From positions 32,001-96,000 of the forward strand of contig CAXXJS010000028.1 in NCBI GenBank assembly GCA_963662665.2: 64,000 nt of DNA, in the 5' to 3' direction. The translations under genes were made by a program, and so were the position numbers. The notes under the pieces are model-generated. The model was not told the DNA's origin. It saw nothing but the letters and a program-made list of their open reading frames with translations, and searched no databases. The DNA is from Candidatus Latescibacterota bacterium. Its GTDB lineage: Bacteria; Latescibacterota; UBA2968; GCA-2709665. This document shows, one piece after another, positions 28,516 to 36,103 of the stretch (positions are counted from its first letter, which is position 1; each line of letters opens with the position of its first letter).

Positions 28516-29373
28516 ATGCGACTGCTCACCTTCGATTACCAGGGAGCGCGACGCGTGGGCGTCAGGTCGGGAGACACGATCGTGGACGTGAGCCGTATCG
28601 ATCCCAACCTCCCGCCCGATCTCATAGGCCTGCTGGAGGCGGGGCCGACCGCGCTTGCAGCCGTGCGGGAAGCGGCAGAGAGCGGCGCAGGCATCGACGC
28701 CGGCGCCGTCCGTGTGGCGGCGCCCATCCAGAACCCGGAAAAGATCCTCTGCATCGGCCTCAACTACGCGGATCACGCCGCCGAAAGCAATATGCCCATT
28801 CCCTCGGAGCCGGTGGTGTTTTCCAAGTTTTCTTCCACGATTATCGGACCCGGCGATGCGATACGCCTGCCGTCAGTGACGCAGTCTATAGACTACGAGG
28901 CCGAACTGGTGGTTGTCATCGGAACGGCAGGAAAGGATATATCGGAATCCGACGCGATGGACCACGTCGCGGGCTATACCGTGGGCCACGACGTCAGCGC
29001 GCGTGACTTCCAGCTTGAAAAACCCGGCGGGCAATGGCTGTTGGGCAAGACGTTCGACACGTTCGCGCCGCTGGGACCGGAAATTGTCACCCCCGACGAG
29101 GTCGACGATCCGCACAACCTGGGCATACGGTGTATCCTGAACGGCCAAACCGTGCAGGACTCGAATACCCAACAGTTGATTTTCAACATAGACCAGTTGA
29201 TCGCCTATCTGTCCCGGGTTATCACTCTCCAGCCCGGCGATCTGATCTTCACGGGCACGCCACCCGGAGTCGGTATGGCCCGTCAGCCGCAACTCTGGCT
29301 GTGCGCAGGGGACACCGTGGTTTGTGAAATAGACGGCATAGGCAGGCTTGAGAACCCGGTTGTCTCCGGCTGA
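28516..29373 (+). CDS. Fumarylacetoacetate hydrolase family protein
   Basis: KILCIGLNYADH, IDYEAELVVVIG, HDVSARDFQ, GKTFDTFAPLGP, GDLIFTGTPPGVG. Confidence 0.93.
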   Translation: MRLLTFDYQGARRVGVRSGDTIVDVSRIDPNLPPDLIGLLEAGPTALAAVREAAESGAGIDAGAVRVAAPIQNPEKILCIGLNYADHAAESNMPIPSEPVVFSKFSSTIIGPGDAIRLPSVTQSIDYEAELVVVIGTAGKDISESDAMDHVAGYTVGHDVSARDFQLEKPGGQWLLGKTFDTFAPLGPEIVTPDEVDDPHNLGIRCILNGQTVQDSNTQQLIFNIDQLIAYLSRVITLQPGDLIFTGTPPGVGMARQPQLWLCAGDTVVCEIDGIGRLENPVVSG

Positions 29374-29669
29374 CCAGTACAAGATTGAAAAACCGGAGTC
29401 GTTGCGGCGGGTCCGAAAACCTCCGAAATCCCGCCAGGTCTCGTGGGTCCCGCTTCCCCCGAGACTCGATCGCATTCAGGTTTCAGCCATCAACTAATTT
29501 TATAAATATTTAATGAACACCATATTATATTCGATTTCAACGCACACAAGTGTGTGTATGCGTCCCTCGTTTCACAATTGTACTCTCCGGCCCTTGCAGT
29601 CGCCGCATCTCCTGAGGCGCAACCTCTCCCTCCGGGCCCTCGGTAAAAGCTGTCAGCTTGAATCGACGA

Positions 29670-30125
29670 GACCTCTCCCCCCGGCCCCCTCTCCCAGGGG
29701 AGAGGGGGAGGGTTGGCGATACGGCCAGGCGATATCAATTAGCGATAACCGCACCAGTATATCGGCAACGTCGGCGCGGTGCCCTCACGGGGGAGGGGGA
29801 ACAATGCGGGATGTCTTCAGTTAATGACAGTTCCCCCCTTCCTTCAGGAAGGGGGATAGGGGGTAGGTCGCGCCCCATGGCGCATCTGCCCCTTCGCGCG
29901 ACCGGTGGCGGAGAGGGGGCTTTTGTTCGCGGCAAGAAACGCGCCGCTCACCAGCAACCTCGAACGCCAGAACCAGGCGTCCCCTGTTGTCCCGAAAAAT
30001 CCCGGAACAACAGGTCACCCGCTTCGCGGGCGGAGGTTGGTTCCGCGTGCTACCGTACGGCATCACTAAGATTCCGTATGTCGTCAGGTCCCATCAAGCG
30101 CCCGGTGGTTGCGCCGGGGCTTTTC
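29670..30125. repeat. Modular intergenic repeat family R2, copy 2
   Basis: ACCTCTCCCCCCGGCCCCCTCTCCCAGGGGAGAGGGGGAGGGTT, GTATATCGGCAACGTCGGCGCGG (shared with copy 3), GGTTCCGCG...CAAGCGC (shared with copy 1). Confidence 0.8.
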
Positions 30126-30493
30126 CACGCTCTTCCGTCTGGCACTGAAGTACCGTGGGACGGGATTCGTACGCAGGCCACCGACACAGATATATACCCT
30201 TGAGACGATTCGTGGAAAAGCAGCCCCGCGGCGTTTGAGCGGCGCCGTTCTTTTTGGTCCTTTTTCTTTGGCGAAAAGGAAAAAGGACATGGAAATAGGG
30301 GAAGTTTGTGGGTGGAGTAGAATCTACGTCGCTTTGCATCCAATATCCCCCCGAAACGTAGTTCCAAAGGGAGACTGTCCGCTACCAATCGAGCCGGCAA
30401 TGGCCAACGCGTAACGCAAAAAGGGCATTCTCACAGTTGTGTTGCCGTCTGATGCGGCATTTTCCACGCGCCCACGTAATGGAGGCATCGCGG

Positions 30494-32335
30494 ATGAACT
30501 TCGGAGATATGATCGAGAAGGCACGCAGGGGCAGGTTCAGCCAGCAGGGCCTGGGCGAGAAAATGGGCGTCTGGGGCACATATATCGGACAGATAGAGAG
30601 CGGGAAGCGAATCCCTTCGGATGAGCGATGCCTCGACCTGGCGGCCATTCTTGATCTGGACCCCAGGGCCCTTCTGATTCAGGCTTACAGGCAGCGCGCC
30701 CGCACTAAAGAGGCCCGGCGCCTCTTTGGCCGGATGGCGAGGCTGCTCGTGGATCCGCCCGGGAACCGGAAGGCGGCGGACGGCATCTCCCGCGACGAAC
30801 AGGGGCCGGCCACAGCTGCGCCGGGAGAATCCCTGCCGGATCGGATCGGGCGCGCGGGTGAGCCGCCCTTCACCCGCGGCGCCTACTCTTCGATGTATCG
30901 CGGGCGCCTCTGGACCTTTCGCCAGTACTCGGGATTCTCCACCCCGGCCGAGACAAACGCCCGGTTTCGCGCACTGCTTGCCGGGGGCCAGACCGGCCTG
31001 AGTGTGGCCTTCGACCTGCCCACGCAGATGGGTTACGACTCGGACCATCCCGGTGCGGAGGGCGAGGTGGGCAGGGTGGGCGTGGCGATCGACGGCCTGT
31101 GGGACCTGGAAGCCCTGTTTGAGGGGATACACCTGGACCGCATCAGCACTTCCATGACAATCAACGCGACGGCGTGCATCCTGTTTGCGTTCTACACGGG
31201 CCTGGGAAAAAAACGCGGGCTGCCTTCAGCGATGCTTACCGGAACCGTCCAGAACGATATTCTCAAGGAATATGTTTCACGTGGAACATATATCTTTCCG
31301 ATTGCCGACTCGATGCGAATGGTCGTAGACCTGATGGGTTATTGTCTCAGGGAGTCGCCGAAGTGGAATCCGATCAGCGTCAGCGGGTACCATATGAGAG
31401 AAGCGGGCGCAACCGCCGCCCAGGAGTTGGGTTTCACGCTCGCCCACGCACTGTCGTATGCCGAGGCCGCCAGGGAGGCCGGGCTGGAACTGGAGGGGGT
31501 GCTTCCGAAATTCTCCTTCTTCTTTGGCGTCCATAACCACTTCCTTGAAGAAATCGCCAAATTCCGGGCGGCCAGGCGCCTCTGGAGCCGCCTCGTCGAG
31601 GAACGCCTGGGCATAACGGACCCGCGCTGCCGGCGGTTGCGATTTCACGCCCAGACCGCCGGCTCGACACTCACGGCGCAACAGCCGTTGAACAACTGCG
31701 CACGGACCACGCTCCAGGCGCTAGCCGCCGTGCTGGGCGGGACCCAATCCCTGCACGTCAACGCCTACGACGAAGCGCTCGGCCTGCCGTCGGATACGGG
31801 AGCGCAACTGGCTGTCCGTACCCAGCAGATCCTCGCCTGTGAAAGCGGTATTCCCAACACTGTCGATCCGATGGGTGGGTCGTTTGCGGTCGAACAAATG
31901 ACCGATGACCTGGAGGAGGAAGCCATTGCCGTTCTGGAGTCGGTCGACCGGGAGGGAGGGGCCGCGCCAGCCGCCGCAAACGGTTTCACGGCAGCCTGTA
32001 TCGCGGACTCCGCATACGATGCGCAAAAGAAGATTGAATCCGGTGAAACCGCCGTCGTGGGAGTGAACCGGTATCAGGAAGCTGCGGATCCGCCGGTTTC
32101 CGTGTTCCAGCCCGCACAGGAAACGGAGCATACGCAGAAAGACGCGCTGGCGCAGGCACGAAACCTGAGGGATTCGGATGCGACGAATGCTGCGCTGGAC
32201 GACGTCGCACGTCGGGCTCGGGGGAACGGCTCGATAACGGAGGCGGTCGTGGCCGCAGGGATGGCCGGCGCAACGGTAGGCGAGATTTCAGACAGGCTGC
32301 GCGCGGTTTTTGGATCCTACAGACCCGGAGGTTGA
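30494..32335 (+). CDS. XRE-type HTH domain fused to methylmalonyl-CoA mutase large (substrate-binding) subunit
   Basis: N-terminal FSQQGLGEKMGVWGTYIGQIESGKRIPS HTH; then PFTRG, WTFRQYSGF, GLSVAFDLPTQMGYDSD, QNDILKEY, SGYHMREAG, NAYDEAL; no DxHxxG B12 domain; GGAGG RBS 8 nt before ATG. Confidence 0.88.
   Translation: MNFGDMIEKARRGRFSQQGLGEKMGVWGTYIGQIESGKRIPSDERCLDLAAILDLDPRALLIQAYRQRARTKEARRLFGRMARLLVDPPGNRKAADGISRDEQGPATAAPGESLPDRIGRAGEPPFTRGAYSSMYRGRLWTFRQYSGFSTPAETNARFRALLAGGQTGLSVAFDLPTQMGYDSDHPGAEGEVGRVGVAIDGLWDLEALFEGIHLDRISTSMTINATACILFAFYTGLGKKRGLPSAMLTGTVQNDILKEYVSRGTYIFPIADSMRMVVDLMGYCLRESPKWNPISVSGYHMREAGATAAQELGFTLAHALSYAEAAREAGLELEGVLPKFSFFFGVHNHFLEEIAKFRAARRLWSRLVEERLGITDPRCRRLRFHAQTAGSTLTAQQPLNNCARTTLQALAAVLGGTQSLHVNAYDEALGLPSDTGAQLAVRTQQILACESGIPNTVDPMGGSFAVEQMTDDLEEEAIAVLESVDREGGAAPAAANGFTAACIADSAYDAQKKIESGETAVVGVNRYQEAADPPVSVFQPAQETEHTQKDALAQARNLRDSDATNAALDDVARRARGNGSITEAVVAAGMAGATVGEISDRLRAVFGSYRPGG
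31273..31288. promoter_or_regulatory. parS site inside the mutase CDS
   Basis: TGTTTCACGTGGAACA, identical to the site at 33440. Confidence 0.8.
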
Positions 32336-32736
32336 CCGTGGAAGGACGCTTGGATCACGTGGGCATTGCGGTGGAGGAGATTGACCGGGCCCTGGCTGTC
32401 TACTCCCTGCTCGGGTTCCAAAAAATGGAAGAAGAGACCGTGGAAGCCGAAGGCGTCCGGGCCGTTTTTCTCGGCGGCGCCGGCCTCACCCGGATCGAAC
32501 TCCTCGAACCACTGGACGATCGCGGTTCTCTGGCGCGATTTCTTTCCGGGCGGGGACAGGGTCTACACCACGTCGCAGTCCGCGTGAAAGATATCGAGGT
32601 GGAGGTCTCACGGTGCAGAGAAAGCGGCCTCGCGATCTCCAGGGAAATCCGGAAAGGCGCCCTCGGCAGACGTGTGGCGTTCGTGCATCCCCGGAGCGCG
32701 TCGGGCGTTCTGATTGAACTCGTTGAAGCCAACTGA
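32332..32736 (+). CDS. mce: Methylmalonyl-CoA epimerase (VOC family)
   Basis: LDHVGIAV, RIELLEP, GQGLHHVA, VAFVHPRSASGVLIELVE; 4-nt overlap with mutase stop. Confidence 0.9.
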   Translation: MTVEGRLDHVGIAVEEIDRALAVYSLLGFQKMEEETVEAEGVRAVFLGGAGLTRIELLEPLDDRGSLARFLSGRGQGLHHVAVRVKDIEVEVSRCRESGLAISREIRKGALGRRVAFVHPRSASGVLIELVEAN

Positions 32737-33384
32737 TCATGCGCGCAGGGCGGAAACCCTTACAAGAATCGTATTTCTGTGGTGCGACTCCGGGGTAATG
32801 GCCTCAATGGACACGACCGGGCCGTCGGGTCCGAATTCTTCTGCTTCCCGGCGGGCGCCGGGACCCTTCAGCGCAATTAACTCTCCCTTTGTTCTGAGGA
32901 ATCCTGACGACAGACGCCAGAGAATGGGCAAGGCGCCCACAGCGCGCGCCGTTACAACGTCGTAGCGTCCCCGATGCTCGTCACGCTCGCAAGCAGCCTC
33001 CGCCCGGTCGGTTAAGACCGACAGACCGTCCAGGTCGAGTTCTCCCGCCAGTTGGTTCAGGAAAAGGCCCTTCATTCGTACCGATTCGAGAAGCACAACA
33101 TTTATTTCCGGGCGGGCGATCTTGACCGGGACCCCCGGAAAACCCGCACCCGATCCCAGGTCCAGCAGGGAAATCGGCCCCGCGGGCAGGAATGGCGTCA
33201 CCCTCAAGCTTTCAATAATGTGGCGCTCCCTGATTTTGTCCCTGTCCCCCCGGGACACCAGTCGCACCCGCTCGGACCATGTCCTGAGCAATGTCTCATA
33301 CCGATAGAACCGCGCGGCCTGTTCCGCCGACAACGCTGTTGACAAAGCGTCCTCGGCCGCTGCCAGGAATTCTCGATCGTTCAC
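32737..33384 (-). CDS. rsmG: 16S rRNA m7G527 methyltransferase
   Basis: ERHIIES, LDLGSGAGFPG, DRAE, YDVVTARAV, LKG; GTG start at 33384 with GGAGGAG RBS. Confidence 0.93.
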   Translation of the reverse strand: MNDREFLAAAEDALSTALSAEQAARFYRYETLLRTWSERVRLVSRGDRDKIRERHIIESLRVTPFLPAGPISLLDLGSGAGFPGVPVKIARPEINVVLLESVRMKGLFLNQLAGELDLDGLSVLTDRAEAACERDEHRGRYDVVTARAVGALPILWRLSSGFLRTKGELIALKGPGARREAEEFGPDGPVVSIEAITPESHHRNTILVRVSALRA

Positions 33385-33439
33385 GGCTCCTCCACGCGCG
33401 CCCGAATCGCAACGCGCCGATCTCTCCCGCACAATCCGA

Positions 33440-33455
33440 TGTTTCACGTGGAACA
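33440..33455. promoter_or_regulatory. parS site
   Basis: TGTTTCACGTGGAACA within extended palindrome GATGTTTCACGTGGAACATC, upstream of rsmG near the origin. Confidence 0.88.
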
Positions 33456-33476
33456 TCAGCGGTCTGCTAAAAGCTT

Positions 33477-33720
33477 AAACCGAAACACTTGACGTCGGCG
33501 CAATTACGTTGAAAATCGCCAAGGGCGCGGACCTCTCCCCCCGGACCCCTCTCCCAGGGGAGCGGGGAGGGTTAGCGATACGGCCTGACGATATCCGTTT
33601 GCGATGGCCGCGCCGGTATATCGGCAACGTCGGCGCGGGAGCCCTCCCGGAGGCAGGCGGAGAAGACGGAAACCCCTTCAAGAAGTGACAGTTTCCCCTT
33701 CACCTGCGAAGGAGGAAAGG
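33477..33720. repeat. Modular intergenic repeat family R2, copy 3
   Basis: First ~110 bp align to 23227-23340; 33530-33700 aligns to 29670-29845. Confidence 0.8.
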
Positions 33721-33721
33721 T

Positions 33722-34676
33722 TAGCCTCAATGTGAAAAAAACAGCAACTCGGCAACGCGACGAAAACCCCTGAAACGGGCCGTAACGGTCGTCAAAAAGG
33801 ACGTTTTTTCAGTTCACGTCCAGTCACCGGGTGTATCTTGGTAATCAGAAGTTAAATCGCCTTTATCTACTTGCATATATTCGGTTTTACTTCCCCGAAG
33901 AAGTAGAGTCGAGATGTGGCGCGGTGGTTTAGGAGTGGCCTGTCTGTTCCCGCCCCTTTCGTCTGGCGGTGCCTCAATAGCCCCTCCGTGCTCCGTTTCC
34001 ACATCCCGCTCGTCGAACCGGACGTGCGGAGTTACCGCATCCGGCTCTCCGACGGACATCGCCTTCAGGTACACACTGCCCGATCTGCCCGGACAGCTTC
34101 ACCTGAAACCTTAGCTTGATCTGGAGTCGCCTCGTCTTATTCTGGAGGAGGTTATAGGCTTGCGCCACTCTCCCGACAGTTGTCCCCTTCACAAGCACAT
34201 CCGAAGTCAGGCCCCTTTCCTCCGCCGGCGTTACCCGGCATCACAGGTACTACGAGCCTGTCCGCCACCCCATACGGCCCGGCCTGGCCCTCACGGGCTT
34301 CCGGTTGGTGGCTCTCCACCACCGCTGGGGCTTCCCGTGTTGCGTCGGATCTCCTTGTATGCGTGCCTCCGCCATTACCCCGGCGGGACCGTTGGGTGCT
34401 CTCGTTGCCTGCTTCCCCAACGACGGCGGCCTTCCCCGTTCGCAAGCCGGGTCGGCTCCCGCATTACCCTTTTCGAGGCCTGCTCAGCGTTTACTCACGT
34501 TTCAGCCCACATACTCGCCGAGTCGCCTGGCGACCCTCTACACCGGAGGCTTCGGAGATGTCGTTACCTACGTCTCCGCTCCGATTGCTTCCGACTGTGG
34601 CAACATCTGTCGGGTGGGACTCTCACCCACTGAAGTTCCGCGCCTTTTCACGGCGCACTTGCGAATCAAGGTTAGG
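33722..34676. repeat. Dispersed ~200-bp repeat family R1, copy A, split by the group II intron (33722-33902 + 34659-34676)
   Basis: Removing the intron gives ...CCCCGAAGAA|TTGCGAATCAAGGTTAGG, gaplessly matching CCCTGAAAAA|TGACCAATCAAAGTCAGG (copy B) and CCCCGAAAAA|TGACGAATCAAAGTTAGA (copy C). Confidence 0.85.
33903..34658 (-). mobile_element. ORF-less (RT-deleted) group II intron, 756 nt, resembling bacterial class E
   Basis: 5' GTGCGCCGTGAAAAGGCGCG; domain V GAGCCGGATGCGGTAACTCCGCACGTCCGGTTC (34047-34015); domain VI ending CTCGACTCTAC; EBS1 TTGCGAA (34445-34439) pairs 7/7 with 5' exon TTCGCAA; only ~110 nt of IEP remnant. Confidence 0.92.
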
Positions 34677-34735
34677 TGTCGACCCATCGCGCATCTCACC
34701 ATTCGCGCGACCGCAGCACAACCGATCATCCGTTT

Positions 34736-36091
34736 TTACTTGCCGATACAAAACGTACTGAAAATCCGGTCCAAAATCTCCTCCGACGTGGTTTCGCCGA
34801 CTATTTCAGCCAGCGCGTCGGCCGCTTCACGCAAATCCACCGCTACCACTTCCCGTGGAAGACCGTCGTCCAGCGCCGCCGTTGCACGGCCAAGGGCTTC
34901 TCCCGCCCGCCGCAGCGCCTGGACGTGGCGGGCGTGCGTTACCGCGCCGGGATCGGGATCGGAGGCCTCGATTACACGCTCGCGGATGAGCTTCCTGAGA
35001 CAGTCGAGCCCATCCCCCGAAAGGGCGGAGACGTTGAGACCCGCGAACTCGTGATCGCCGCGCCATTCGGCATGAAGGCCGAGATCCCTCTTGTTCATCA
35101 CGAGAAGCACGTTTTCGGGATCCAGGCCCGCAACGATGTCTTTCAACCCCGCGCCAACGGGGACGGACGCATCCACGATCAACAGCACAAGCGCGGCCCG
35201 GGCAATCGCAACCCGCGACCGCCGGGCGCCTTCCCGTTCAATGGCGTCTCGCGGCTCTGCGATACCCGCCGTATCGACCAGCGTCACGCAAATTCCGTCC
35301 AGGGTGATGGACTCCTCAATCGTATCCCGCGTGGTTCCGGACACCGGCGACACGATCGCCCGATCCTCTTCCAGCAGTCGGTTGAGCAGGCTGGACTTGC
35401 CGGCGTTCGGGGGTCCCGCCAGCGCAACGAGGGCGCCCTCGCGTATGACTTTGCCATGCCGATACGAGGCGATCAGGCGCTCGATTTCTTCCCCCGCCCG
35501 TGCGACCGATGGACGCACCGCCTCCTGTTCGACGCCCGCGTCTTCGTAGAAATCCAATCCTGCCTCAAGCAGCGTCAACGAATCCCGGACGGCTTCCGCC
35601 AGATCCTCGAACCTCGACCTCAAGCCACCGCGCAACCGGAAGTATGCGGACCGAAGACCCCGGTCCGCCCGGGCGGTGATCATATCGGCAATCGCCTCGG
35701 CCTGGGTGAGATCGATCCGGCCACTGAGGAACGCCCGCCTGGTGAATTCGCCGGGTTCAGCTGGCCGTGCGCCCGCCGATACAAGGGCCTCCATTGCCCG
35801 CTGCAAAAGGAGAGGGCCCCCGTGGCAGTTGAATTCAACCGTATCTTCCCCCGTAAACGAACGGGAAGCCCGCATCACGGAGACAAGGACCTCGTCCAGG
35901 TCCCGGTCTCCGACAACAAGCCTGCCGTACGTCAGACGGCGGTCCTCAATATGGTTCAGATCGCGTGACCCACAAAAAAAACCGGAGGCGATTTCTACCG
36001 CCTCCGGACCCGTGAGCCGCACGATGCCTATCGCTGCCTCGCCGGAACCGGTGGCGATTGCGACAATGGTATCGCGATCCGAAGGTCTCAT
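34736..36091 (-). CDS. mnmE: tRNA modification GTPase MnmE (TrmE)
   Basis: DTIVAIAT, SFTGEDTVEFNCHGG, GEFTRRAF, GPPNAGKSS, GTTRD, DTAG, C-terminal FCIGK. Confidence 0.97.
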   Translation of the reverse strand: MRPSDRDTIVAIATGSGEAAIGIVRLTGPEAVEIASGFFCGSRDLNHIEDRRLTYGRLVVGDRDLDEVLVSVMRASRSFTGEDTVEFNCHGGPLLLQRAMEALVSAGARPAEPGEFTRRAFLSGRIDLTQAEAIADMITARADRGLRSAYFRLRGGLRSRFEDLAEAVRDSLTLLEAGLDFYEDAGVEQEAVRPSVARAGEEIERLIASYRHGKVIREGALVALAGPPNAGKSSLLNRLLEEDRAIVSPVSGTTRDTIEESITLDGICVTLVDTAGIAEPRDAIEREGARRSRVAIARAALVLLIVDASVPVGAGLKDIVAGLDPENVLLVMNKRDLGLHAEWRGDHEFAGLNVSALSGDGLDCLRKLIRERVIEASDPDPGAVTHARHVQALRRAGEALGRATAALDDGLPREVVAVDLREAADALAEIVGETTSEEILDRIFSTFCIGK

Positions 36092-36103
36092 TGTGACTAA
36101 CCC

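Noticed and set aside
30290-30490. Cobalamin riboswitch upstream of the mutase
   Set aside because: Could not find the conserved AGGGAA / GCCACTG / GGGAAG elements in order; an Rfam scan would settle it
33385-33456. N-terminal extension MFHVKH... of RsmG in the ORF track
   Set aside because: MFHVKH is the translated parS palindrome; GTG at 33384 has a strong RBS
33814-34761. Several short ORFs over the intron (33814-34074, 34152-34445, 34160-34633, 34180-34761)
   Set aside because: Translations of ribozyme sequence; no RT (YADD) motif
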